Positions 1-8,339 of a stretch of DNA of 64,000 bases are shown here, piece after piece. A program made the position numbers and the translations under genes. The notes under the pieces are model-generated. The model ran no database searches. It was not told where the DNA came from and worked only from the letters and a program-made list of their open reading frames with translations. Within the stretch, counting starts at the first letter, position 1, and each line of letters starts with the position of its first letter. This stretch comes from a virus: positions 1-64,000 of IMG/VR virus record IMGVR_UViG_3300020580_000001; one strand, given 5' to 3'.

Positions 1-338
1 ACCTTCCAATTGCCAAGATTAATTAACTCGACGGTTAGCCATCCTTCCCAGCCTGGATCAAGATGAGTGTTCATCGCAGATATACCGCACCGCGCAAGGC
101 TTGATTTATCAAGTACGGAACCACAGATATTTGCCGGTAAGCAAAATCTTTCGACAGTGCTGACTAGCTCAGATTTTCCTACATCTATGATGCAATGCTG
201 AGCAATTCTGCAATCATAAGTGCATGCAGAAAGACCATATGATCGTCCACTAGCAACACCGCGCTCGACAAATGGTGTAATTAAAGGCCGATTGCTTTGG
301 CATAATTGGCGAATGGATTGGGCGGAAAGAACGGTCAT
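1..338 (-). CDS. dcd: dCTP deaminase (3' end runs off the window)
   Basis: Hand translation from ATG at 338: MTVLSAQSIRQL...GLSACTYDCRI...GSVLDKSSLARCGI...HLDPGWEGWLTVELIN; matches the dCTP deaminase motifs KSSxAR and DPGxxGxLTxE; ATGA overlap with upstream ORF. Confidence 0.85.
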   Translation of the reverse strand, partial: MTVLSAQSIRQLCQSNRPLITPFVERGVASGRSYGLSACTYDCRIAQHCIIDVGKSELVSTVERFCLPANICGSVLDKSSLARCGISAMNTHLDPGWEGWLTVELINLGNWK

Positions 339-547
339 GATGCGCGCTTCGCTTCCATGCGCTTCATCGCTTCGCGCATCCATTTCAGCCTGCGATAGAC
401 ACGCTCGAAACTTTCCGCCTTGTGGCGCATTCCCAAATAGGAATTTCCATATTGAGCACGATACCATCCTGCAGCTTCGAAATAATCCTCTGGCTTTGGA
501 TTGTGAATTGGTTTAGAATGCTGTGGAAATCTCGCTTCAAAAAACAT
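335..547 (-). CDS. hypothetical protein
   Basis: ORF track; stop overlaps the dcd start (ATGA). Confidence 0.5.
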   Translation of the reverse strand: MFFEARFPQHSKPIHNPKPEDYFEAAGWYRAQYGNSYLGMRHKAESFERVYRRLKWMREAMKRMEAKRAS

Positions 548-731
548 TATCCCATCCTTGCAAATAATATTTTGTCGTTGCCAATTCCAGCCTGGAAATG
601 GCCCGCGTCAAGAACCACAAATTGCTTGCCAAGTTCATCATGTAGCATTCACAAGTTGGATCGCGCGCCCAAACTACGCGGCCATAAAAATCCATTTTGT
701 AATATCCAGATATATCAATGTAATTGCTCAT
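537..731 (-). CDS. hypothetical protein
   Basis: ATG at 731 overlaps the stop of the upstream ORF; operon packing. Confidence 0.45.
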   Translation of the reverse strand: MSNYIDISGYYKMDFYGRVVWARDPTCECYMMNLASNLWFLTRAISRLELATTKYYLQGWDNVF

Positions 732-985
732 TTCATCGGTTCCTGCGGCTCTCCATCTCCAGCCCATATCATAAGTACTGACCAGTAGCCATGATGTCCT
801 TCAAGCACGGCCGTGGATAACCAACCAATTGCTTCATACGAAGCTCGGCGGGAATGCGGAACATAGCGATAATATGTTACATCTTCGACAGGCGTAACAG
901 CAGCTTCAATTGCTGATGTTCTAGCTGGCTTGGCGGTCATTAGGCGGCCCCGTAAACTGCCGTACTGGCGATGAAGCATTTTCAC
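728..985 (-). CDS. hypothetical protein
   Basis: ORF track; coupled to the methyltransferase stop. Confidence 0.5.
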   Translation of the reverse strand: MKMLHRQYGSLRGRLMTAKPARTSAIEAAVTPVEDVTYYRYVPHSRRASYEAIGWLSTAVLEGHHGYWSVLMIWAGDGEPQEPMK

Positions 986-3114
986 ACTCCACCAAACAAA
1001 GGTAGAGAATTGACGGACTCAGCTTGACCTCTCTTTTTTATAGATTCCCGCCGTCTTTCGTCAGGTCCGCTCATAACTAAAGAAAGCCTTTTCTCAATAT
1101 CACTAACGTACTCTAATTCTTTTTCGATAAGTATGGAATTGAAGCCCTCACGAAATGCGGCTTCGCCAAGTGTTCCGGTGCCGGCAAACAAATCGAGGCA
1201 AGTTCCGTTTTTGGGAGTGATAAGGCGGACTAAATATTGTATAAGATCAAGTGGCTTTATTGTTGGATGGCGTGATCCGAGCCTATCATCCGCGCCAGCT
1301 TTCGACGTGTAAAATATGCGCTGCACATCTTCTTGCGGAAAGCTCGCAAAGAAGTGCGCGGCAGAGCCGGAGTCGCTAAATCCGCCAAGCTTATCTTCAT
1401 AATGTTCGTGTGCCGGTCTCCTCCATCCATCATTAACATTTCCTGACGTCATCCCTCGCGAATATGATGGAGGCTTTACACCAGCCGTCGGCCCGCTCTC
1501 CGGAAAGCACGCCAAGACTTCCTCGCTGCCATCGTGAAGAAGGTTGGCCGGCCAGCGGGCGTGCGGTCCTTGATTAAAATCAGTGGTTCCAGTAAATGAG
1601 CCTACTGTAGATCCAGATCCACGATGTAACCCGGCAGCCTGATGATCAATATTTACACCAACGCGGCACGCCCCTACATTTATCGCGCCAGTGCCCCACT
1701 TCAACACATTCTGCGCAATGCTTTTCTCGGATATTGGCTTACGAGCTAGACAAATCGGCTCATGTGCAGGCTTTAGAGCCGTGCCAAGACCCTCGGGAAT
1801 AATCGGTTTGCCACACCGGCCACAAATCGGCCAGCTTCCCCGCGCTTGTGATCCGAATTCGTCGGATAAAGAGTCAGATTGCTCGGATGGTTGTTCGCCG
1901 GATTGTGGTCCTCGTGGTTGACGACTTCCGTTCTCATAAGAAGGAATCCGCACATCTGAGCCATCACCAATCGATGCTCCATGATGTAGCGATCCTTCCG
2001 TGCCATTTCGAGCGCCCATGTCGGCGCCTTCACATAGCGGACTCCGTTGTAATTCCCGTGCGGCCTCTTGAGCGTCACGCCACCCTTCCACGCAGGATTC
2101 CGTTCCATCGCCATTCCCTTGCCGGGACGTTTCTTGCCCTTTCCATTCGCCGCGAACGGCACTAGTCGAGCAGCATGCGCCTTCGCTCGACATGACCGGC
2201 TGCAATAATTGTTCTTGACCTTCCTTATCCACGCCAGAGGAATTGTCTTCTCCGTTCCACAAACTGGGCAAGCAACCGTCTGTTTCTGGTTGCGTGGCGA
2301 TGGAATTCCAGTCTTGCGAATTGATATGAGTTTGTTCGCGCATGCCCTCGAACAAGTTTTCTCTCTCGCTCCATGTTTGTGCGTCTTCGGTTCCCACACT
2401 TTCCCGCAAACTGCGCAAGTTCGTATCTTTCGCTTCGCCATTCCGAAGCATGTCCGGCTGCAATATGGCCCGCGCAACGCCGGTGACCTGTAAGGAAGAG
2501 GCAAGCGGCAATGCGCACAAACACCTGTCGATGCAAGTATTGATGTTTTTACTTTTGGGGAATCCAACCCCAAACTGCCAAGAAAGTCGCCCCGTGCCGC
2601 GTTCTCGAAAAAGCTTTCCAAACTGTCTGCGTTGCTCATCACTTAAGCTTTCCTCGAAAACGCGATATTCAGTTTCCGAATCCTTATCTAATAAGATCTC
2701 ATCTCTGATCTCAAATCCAGCATCTTCTATCGCGCATACCATTCTATGCGCCGTGCGGGTACCCCCAAATATTATCGCATAACCGCCTGGCTTGAGCACG
2801 CGCAGCACTTCTGCCCATAGTTCCGGCTGGAATGCAATGTTACCACCATCCCATTGCTTGCCCATGAAACCAGCCGCAGCACGCTTATATGGACTCACAG
2901 TACCGCCACCACCTTTATTTGACGGCAATTGTAAATTGAATTCGTCTCGTTCCAAGTTGCTCTTACCAAAGCGCTTCACAATCGACGTCAGGTGATACGG
3001 CGGGTCTGTTACGACGCTATCAACGCTATTATCTGCAAGCCCTTTGAGCACATCCCGGCAATCGCCAGCATGCAGCGTCACGCGCCCATTGAGGAATGAT
3101 CGCGGCTCGCTCAT
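982..3114 (-). CDS. DNA N4-cytosine/N6-adenine methyltransferase (beta class) with ~250-aa insertion
   Basis: GDC, VTDPPY (motif IV), RVLKPGG, HPTIKP and LDLFAGTGT (motif I) in beta order; long low-complexity insertion between GFPKS and GTALKPAHEPI. Confidence 0.92.
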   Translation of the reverse strand: MSEPRSFLNGRVTLHAGDCRDVLKGLADNSVDSVVTDPPYHLTSIVKRFGKSNLERDEFNLQLPSNKGGGGTVSPYKRAAAGFMGKQWDGGNIAFQPELWAEVLRVLKPGGYAIIFGGTRTAHRMVCAIEDAGFEIRDEILLDKDSETEYRVFEESLSDEQRRQFGKLFRERGTGRLSWQFGVGFPKSKNINTCIDRCLCALPLASSLQVTGVARAILQPDMLRNGEAKDTNLRSLRESVGTEDAQTWSERENLFEGMREQTHINSQDWNSIATQPETDGCLPSLWNGEDNSSGVDKEGQEQLLQPVMSSEGACCSTSAVRGEWKGQETSRQGNGDGTESCVEGWRDAQEAARELQRSPLCEGADMGARNGTEGSLHHGASIGDGSDVRIPSYENGSRQPRGPQSGEQPSEQSDSLSDEFGSQARGSWPICGRCGKPIIPEGLGTALKPAHEPICLARKPISEKSIAQNVLKWGTGAINVGACRVGVNIDHQAAGLHRGSGSTVGSFTGTTDFNQGPHARWPANLLHDGSEEVLACFPESGPTAGVKPPSYSRGMTSGNVNDGWRRPAHEHYEDKLGGFSDSGSAAHFFASFPQEDVQRIFYTSKAGADDRLGSRHPTIKPLDLIQYLVRLITPKNGTCLDLFAGTGTLGEAAFREGFNSILIEKELEYVSDIEKRLSLVMSGPDERRRESIKKRGQAESVNSLPLFGGV
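1773..2642 (-). CDS. HNH homing endonuclease with Zn-finger repeats, nested in an alternate frame of the methyltransferase
   Basis: Three CxxC...CSxxC repeats, NPAWKGG, YIMEHRLVM...VVNHEDHNPANNHPSNL HNH motif; GAGGA lies 8 nt before the GTG at 2642. Confidence 0.85.
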   Translation of the reverse strand: MMSNADSLESFFENAARGDFLGSLGLDSPKVKTSILASTGVCAHCRLPLPYRSPALRGPYCSRTCFGMAKRKIRTCAVCGKVWEPKTHKHGAREKTCSRACANKLISIRKTGIPSPRNQKQTVACPVCGTEKTIPLAWIRKVKNNYCSRSCRAKAHAARLVPFAANGKGKKRPGKGMAMERNPAWKGGVTLKRPHGNYNGVRYVKAPTWALEMARKDRYIMEHRLVMAQMCGFLLMRTEVVNHEDHNPANNHPSNLTLYPTNSDHKRGEAGRFVAGVANRLFPRVLARL

Positions 3115-3305
3115 TCCAGCACAGCTTTCTTAATAATGTGGATTTCCGTCTTCATGTTTGCGAAATTGCGCGTGTCCACCTCGACGCCACAAATCCGCTT
3201 TCCAAGCGCTATTCCAAGCTGCTCATCTAAAGTCAATAATAGTAGCTGAATCTTATTTTCCACAACAGCAAGCAGAGCTTGTTCATGTGGTAGCAAATCG
3301 CTCAT
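3111..3305 (-). CDS. hypothetical protein
   Basis: ATGA-coupled on both sides. Confidence 0.55.
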   Translation of the reverse strand: MSDLLPHEQALLAVVENKIQLLLLTLDEQLGIALGKRICGVEVDTRNFANMKTEIHIIKKAVLE

Positions 3306-3508
3306 TTCAGCATCTCGTCGATCATTGATTGCCAAGAGCACAGCACTCCGCCACTGCTCGTTTTTATCCCGGCTAACAGAACATCTTCTGGCGGCTCGCG
3401 CGTGGCGGCAATCGCAGCACGGGCAATTTGTGCTAAATATGCATCCGGATTTGCGCCAGGCAAATTCCGATCAATCGCCTTCGCGACGCGATCTACCATT
3501 TCGCTCAT
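3302..3508 (-). CDS. small phage hypothetical protein (MSEMVDRVAKAI...)
   Basis: Typical small phage protein pattern (RVAKAI...ARAAIAA.REP); coupled stop. Confidence 0.6.
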   Translation of the reverse strand: MSEMVDRVAKAIDRNLPGANPDAYLAQIARAAIAATREPPEDVLLAGIKTSSGGVLCSWQSMIDEMLK

Positions 3509-3580
3509 GATTAAATCCAATGTGCTAGCGTCACGCCGATCAAGGCTCCTATGAGGCCTGCTAACCATCCTTGCCAATAA

Positions 3581-4264
3581 TCACTCATGATTCAGCATCC
3601 CGCGCAGGATTGCGATGTCATCGGCAAGCGTCTTGTCAGTTTCAATCAACTTAATTATTCTTTGTATTGAATGGAGGACCGTCGTATGATCGCGGTTAAA
3701 CCGACGACCTATTTCCGCCATTGTGTTATTCGTCAATTCTTTCGATAGAAAGATAGCTATGTGGCGCGGACGTGCCATACGAGCATAATGTCTAACACAA
3801 ACAATGTCGGCCACGCACAAATTGAAATATCTTGCTGTCACGGCTTGAATGCGTGCGATTGTAGGCTTATCGGATTGTACTTCCGGCTGATAATCAAAGG
3901 GCTGCGCCCGTGTTTGTTCGCTGAAATCGCCGAAATAGTCTGCGCTTTCACGAATACATTCTATAATGTACTTTGTGAGTAAAATTGGGAGGTTGAGATT
4001 ACGCGCTTCTTCCACGCGTTCTTCGACGGACTTGATATTTTGTTGTGGTAATGGCGGGAATGCAGGCGCATGTTTCGGCTCTAGTTCTAGTCCTGGCTGT
4101 GGCTGTGGCACTGGCCGAGTATTAAGTCGTTTCCATATTTGATCGCGCCTTGCTATTAATTCGTCTAAATATGCCGAGCCGGTATGATGTTTGGATCGTA
4201 CCGCGTTAAATGCACCCATATTGGCATGCCTAATTCTGACATAATCGATTGGAGAGTCGGTCAT
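3581..4264 (-). CDS. DnaA C-terminal-like HTH DNA-binding protein
   Basis: ARPRHIAIFLSKELT...IGRRFNRDHTTVLHS is the DnaA domain IV signature; AGGA before ATG 4264. Confidence 0.85.
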   Translation of the reverse strand: MTDSPIDYVRIRHANMGAFNAVRSKHHTGSAYLDELIARRDQIWKRLNTRPVPQPQPGLELEPKHAPAFPPLPQQNIKSVEERVEEARNLNLPILLTKYIIECIRESADYFGDFSEQTRAQPFDYQPEVQSDKPTIARIQAVTARYFNLCVADIVCVRHYARMARPRHIAIFLSKELTNNTMAEIGRRFNRDHTTVLHSIQRIIKLIETDKTLADDIAILRGMLNHE

Positions 4265-4268
4265 TGTC

Positions 4269-4688
4269 CTACGCCGATTTGCGACGCCCATTCCACCACG
4301 CCCGCAAAGCGCGCGCATGCTTACCCAGCGATTCCGAGGCGAGAAGAAATCGCTCTTCGTTGTAATCAACATCATCATCCGTCATGTTCTCTCGGAGAAC
4401 ATAAGAGCGCTCAACACCCTTCACTGGCCGGATTGGATATCTCCATTGCAGCTCAGTAAATAGCTCGAATTGAACATTATCGTCATCCGTAGCCTCGAAT
4501 TTCTTTCGAAGACGGCTCATGGCATATTGCTTCGCATGTTCCACACATCCAGCATAAACGCACGGAACAGAAAGCCTATCAGGATCGACAATTTTCATGG
4601 CTTCATTGGCAACCCATGGCGCATTGATATGCGTCTCATCACGCCTATTCTCAATTATATTGTCAATAATTGCATATAGCTCACTCAT
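4269..4688 (-). CDS. hypothetical protein
   Basis: ORF track; operon packing. Confidence 0.65.
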   Translation of the reverse strand: MSELYAIIDNIIENRRDETHINAPWVANEAMKIVDPDRLSVPCVYAGCVEHAKQYAMSRLRKKFEATDDDNVQFELFTELQWRYPIRPVKGVERSYVLRENMTDDDVDYNEERFLLASESLGKHARALRAWWNGRRKSA

Positions 4689-5259
4689 ATACAAGTTCCT
4701 TTATTGTAGAGAGCCAGCCAGCAGCGAGCGGCGCAATACGCATGACATCTTCAATCATTGTTTCGGTCATTGTAGACATGAAGAATTCAGGCGATTGCTT
4801 AAGCCAGCGACGCTCGAAATCGCGCATCATCCCGTAGAGCAACAGCGCATCGCCATCAACTGAAGACGGCTTGACAATTAGTTCGCTGACTGATTTAGTA
4901 GCTAGCGCTGTTTCGAATTGATCTTCTGGAACTTCTGAAAGCCTCTCCCATTCGGAAGCTTGCTGATGCTCTATCCCGGCATCTTCGAGTACTTTTGACT
5001 TCTGCGGACGATCCGCAGAAGTTCGGAGATCGTTTCTCTGTCCTTGCGCCTTCTCTATCTTTTTCGATAGAGCGCCAGCTTTGCGCGCCGCCCGCATTCG
5101 GATTTCATAGGCGCGCGTTTCCGCTTCGACGTTCTTGGCTACCCGCGCGGCCGCTTGCAGCATTTGCGCTTGATCATGAATGGCCTTCACTTCGTCGACC
5201 GCATAGGCGGCATCGATCGCACGGCACATAGCATCATAGCGGACGAGTTCAGCGGTCAT
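4681..5259 (-). CDS. hypothetical helical phage protein (possible HTH)
   Basis: 192-aa ORF with protein-like composition. Confidence 0.65.
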   Translation of the reverse strand: MTAELVRYDAMCRAIDAAYAVDEVKAIHDQAQMLQAAARVAKNVEAETRAYEIRMRAARKAGALSKKIEKAQGQRNDLRTSADRPQKSKVLEDAGIEHQQASEWERLSEVPEDQFETALATKSVSELIVKPSSVDGDALLLYGMMRDFERRWLKQSPEFFMSTMTETMIEDVMRIAPLAAGWLSTIKELVYE

Positions 5260-5462
5260 TATATTTTGTAGCTCCGCCGGTCAGTTGGTTGATCATTGTT
5301 AGAGGCTACGGCGGCAATGATCATGGGTAGTAATTTCCTTGCCATTGGCCACCCGTGATCATGCAGTTCAGAAAGAAACATTGTAAGATCAAAGTCTGGT
5401 AATGACTTGATCTGCACAATCTCACTTGGAGATATCTCTATGCTGGTTGGTTGATCGTCCAT
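5259..5462 (-). CDS. hypothetical protein
   Basis: ORF track; TAATG coupling to next gene. Confidence 0.5.
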   Translation of the reverse strand: MDDQPTSIEISPSEIVQIKSLPDFDLTMFLSELHDHGWPMARKLLPMIIAAVASNNDQPTDRRSYKI

Positions 5463-5513
5463 ATTTTAGCTTTCTTCCGCAGCGCCACACGAGCTTTCGC
5501 GTGCCTTGTGGCG

Positions 5514-5885
5514 TCATTGGATACCATCATCTAAAATGTTCGATATGAGGTGCGGATCCACGGCAATTTCGCGCATAAGAACGCACGCAAGAGCTTCGCG
5601 ACTGAGCCCTCGCTTATCCGCCGCCGCAACGAACCGGTCGCGTGCTTCCGGCGGAAAATCCAAATCCAATGATTTTTCTCTAGCCTCGAGAAACGAAAGC
5701 CCGAATCGGTTTGCCCGCGCATAGACATTGCGCACACTGCAGGCGAGAAACGGGTCTTCGGCGATCCGCTTGGCGCTCCAGCCGAGGCCGATCAGAAATC
5801 CAAAGCGGGCAACCTGCTTCACATTCCACTTGGTAGGCGGATCAAAAGCCGCCGTTTTGTAAATGCCCTTACTGGGGCTGGTCAT
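5514..5885 (-). CDS. putative DNA-binding protein
   Basis: HTH-like segment (GWSAKRIA...) and RHH-like C-terminus (AADKRGLSREAL). Confidence 0.55.
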   Translation of the reverse strand: MTSPSKGIYKTAAFDPPTKWNVKQVARFGFLIGLGWSAKRIAEDPFLACSVRNVYARANRFGLSFLEAREKSLDLDFPPEARDRFVAAADKRGLSREALACVLMREIAVDPHLISNILDDGIQ

Positions 5886-6067
5886 TCGGCTGCTCCCTTA
5901 TGCAGAAATTTTAGCTTGGGAAGCGTGATAGGAGCTGCTTTGGCACGAGCAGAATTTGCAGAAAGGAGAGCTTTCCTTTGCGCTCTTTTGCAGCGGTCAC
6001 GATAGAGATTAGGTTGTCCAGATGGGCTGGTCCGCATTCGAATGCTACAATGCCGGAAACTGTTCAT
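5882..6067 (-). CDS. hypothetical protein
   Basis: ATGA coupling with an RBS inside its 3' end. Confidence 0.5.
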   Translation of the reverse strand: MNSFRHCSIRMRTSPSGQPNLYRDRCKRAQRKALLSANSARAKAAPITLPKLKFLHKGAAE

Positions 6068-6094
6068 TCCGCCCTCGCGGATTCGTTGGTCATG

Positions 6095-6328
6095 CTATTC
6101 CGCAGCCTCGCTATTGCTATCTGACGGCGGAGGCCAAATGTCCGGGCGCAAGCTCCACAGGGGCACCATACCATTTGTGATCCGTGCGATTTTTTGCGCG
6201 GTCTTCGGAGCTGGAGCTATGCCATGCTCCCATTTGTACGCCGTGCCCCTCGTGCAGCCCAGCAAAGCGCCCATTTGGGTGAGCGTGAACCCTAGCTGTT
6301 TTCGGTAGGTCGCGAGAGGATGTTCCAT
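6095..6328 (-). CDS. cro: Cro-like XRE HTH regulator
   Basis: XRE HTH (LTQMGALLGCTRGTAYKWEHG) and LRPDIW tail; divergent from CI-like gene. Confidence 0.8.
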   Translation of the reverse strand: MEHPLATYRKQLGFTLTQMGALLGCTRGTAYKWEHGIAPAPKTAQKIARITNGMVPLWSLRPDIWPPPSDSNSEAAE

Positions 6329-6338
6329 GCTGACGATA

Positions 6339-6425
6339 GTTTCAAAATTAGAAACTTATGTCAAGTGAAAACTACCGTTCAGTGTTTCTAATTTGGGTGA
6401 TGACATTGGTATCCTTAATGGATAC
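6339..6425. promoter_or_regulatory. cro/cI control region with palindromic operators
   Basis: GTTTC-N7-GAAAC (6339-6355) and GTATC-N7-GATAC (6409-6425), half-site at 6384; TTGACA on minus strand at 6364-6359. Confidence 0.7.
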
Positions 6426-6433
6426 AATACAGC

Positions 6434-6784
6434 ATGAACGAAATCTCCCGCCCTCGACCTCCATGGGTCCAGCGCTGGTATTTGAGAGCATGGCGCGAGC
6501 ATCACGCCATGACGCAAGAGCAGCTTGCTGACATAATCGGCACAAGAAAATCAACCATAAGCAAGCTAGAGCGTTACCAGTTATATGGTCCAGGCCCAGG
6601 ACGCCAAAAAATCAATGACGACTGGCTCAATTATTATTGCCACGCCTTAGGCATGACCGCGCGACAACTTTCGGAACCGCCAGAAAGCCAGCGCTCGATC
6701 GATGAGATTCTGCGGAACTCTTCACCCACCGATCAAACCCGCTTTCGCGCTCTGGCCGAAGCCTTCGTGAAATCAGACAAATAA
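6434..6784 (+). CDS. CI-like XRE repressor (no S24 peptidase domain)
   Basis: YLRAWREHHAMTQEQLADIIGTRKSTISKLER XRE HTH; divergent from cro. Confidence 0.8.
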   Translation: MNEISRPRPPWVQRWYLRAWREHHAMTQEQLADIIGTRKSTISKLERYQLYGPGPGRQKINDDWLNYYCHALGMTARQLSEPPESQRSIDEILRNSSPTDQTRFRALAEAFVKSDK

Positions 6785-6790
6785 ATAAAA

Positions 6791-6843
6791 GTTTCTAAAT
6801 TTGCAACTTTCCGCTTGACTTGTGTGTTTCCGTATTAGATACT
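6791..6843 (+). promoter_or_regulatory. sigma70 promoter overlapped by two operators
   Basis: TTGACT(6815)-N17-GATACT(6838); operators GTTTC-N7-GCAAC (6791-6807) and GTTTC-N7-GATAC (6826-6842). Confidence 0.75.
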
Positions 6844-6989
6844 CTCTCCCATATTCGCGGCGAAAGGAAGCCCTTACAGGGGGATGGAGCCGACGTTTAT
6901 TCGCGGTCGAAGCGGGGAGGCCAAGAATGGCAGTAGCAGCCATAGCGGCCAAAGGCCCGTCGCGAAGAGGAGTGGAACTTGTTGTCGCT

Positions 6990-7595
6990 ATGACCACGAA
7001 CCGATCACCTACCGAAGACGAGTTGCATGATTCTATCCTGCACTCGCTCCGGTTCGTCCTTGGCGGCTTTGGTTCTAGGAATCAAATATACAACAGAGCG
7101 GTTGAGCCTGAACAAATTCATGGCTCGAGTCAGAAGAGGAAAGCTAAATATCGGTTCAATCGCGTATTGGCTGACTTGGAGAGACATGGCCTACTAGAAA
7201 ACTCCAACGGGTTCCTGATCGCCAAGGAAAAACTAGAGGCGGCGGCGGCTAACCGAATATCCAGGCCCGGTGCCGCGTACGCTCGCAGCCCGGCAATCCG
7301 CGCCGCCGTAATGAAACGAGCAAAAGGCAAATGTGAGTTTTGTGGCGAGCCGGGGTTCATGGGAATCGACGGTGCTCCTTATCTGGAATGCCACCACATA
7401 GTTGCTCTCGCTAACGACGGCGTGGACCGAATGATTAACGTCATTGCCATCTGCGCGAACCATCACCGCGAGGCTCACTTCGGGAAACAGCACGACGAGA
7501 TCGAAAAGCGAATGATCCGGATTGTAGAGAAGGCAGAACAATTTCGTTTGGGGCGCTGCGGTCCTCTCTCCGCTCACCCCATTTCTCCGGTATGA
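6990..7595 (+). CDS. HNH endonuclease
   Basis: CEFC...LECHHIVALANDGVD...NVIAICANHHREAH; start codon uncertain. Confidence 0.85.
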   Translation: MTTNRSPTEDELHDSILHSLRFVLGGFGSRNQIYNRAVEPEQIHGSSQKRKAKYRFNRVLADLERHGLLENSNGFLIAKEKLEAAAANRISRPGAAYARSPAIRAAVMKRAKGKCEFCGEPGFMGIDGAPYLECHHIVALANDGVDRMINVIAICANHHREAHFGKQHDEIEKRMIRIVEKAEQFRLGRCGPLSAHPISPV

Positions 7596-7821
7596 GCCAT
7601 GTGCCGTCAACGCTCGCGGCAAGGTTACGAACTAGGCTCATGAAGCCACGTAGCCATTCACAACTAGGCTCATGGCAACGCTTCGTTGGGCGCCGGGGGA
7701 TACGGAGCGCCGGGCGGTATAGGGTGAGAAGTAGCCGAGGGCGAGAAGCAACCCCGCAGGATAGCAGGCCCTGTTGGCGACATGACTATTCGCGTGCCCG
7801 GCGTTTCTATAGTGATGATGG

Positions 7822-8049
7822 ATGATGGAAGCTACAATGACGCGCCGCCCCTCAATCGATAGTCTCTGGTACGCGCCGGTCATGGATCCGACGTCGGCTG
7901 CATGCATCGCGCTTGAGCATCGCTCGGCCGAGCTGGAAGTCATCTGGCGCGCAAACATGGCGCGGCGTGACGCCGCTGCAATTAGGCACGGCGAGCCGCA
8001 GACCTCGCATGAGTTCTACCGTGGCACGCACATCAAGAGGACGGCATGA
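7822..8049 (+). CDS. hypothetical protein
   Basis: ATGA-coupled to next ORF. Confidence 0.5.
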   Translation: MMEATMTRRPSIDSLWYAPVMDPTSAACIALEHRSAELEVIWRANMARRDAAAIRHGEPQTSHEFYRGTHIKRTA

Positions 8050-8339
8050 ACATGCCAGAGCCCATTTGGGAAACCATATATGCGCACGACCGCCGCGCGC
8101 ATAGACATCGCTGTCGTTGCTGCAACAAAATCATCAACGCTGGCGAGCCGGTCATCATGGCGCGCGTGAAGCCACGGAGAACTTGGGCAATCCATAAAAG
8201 CTGCGGCGATCTTCAGCACAGTGTTAACGCGTACGGCCCCGTTCGGATGACATGGCGCGAAGTCATGTACGTTTGGGGTAGCCAATATCTCCGCAAATGT
8301 GGCTGGAAGATTTCCGAAGAAGCGTGGAGGGCAGCGTAA
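8046..8339 (+). CDS. small Cys/His-rich (Zn-binding?) protein
   Basis: CRCC...HKSC; GAGG RBS. Confidence 0.6.
   Translation: MNMPEPIWETIYAHDRRAHRHRCRCCNKIINAGEPVIMARVKPRRTWAIHKSCGDLQHSVNAYGPVRMTWREVMYVWGSQYLRKCGWKISEEAWRAA

Noticed and set aside
1790-2550. Intein or group I intron in the methyltransferase
   Set aside because: No intein terminal His-Asn/Cys-Ser-Thr motif in the MTase frame, no recognisable intron core, and the frame is open without splicing
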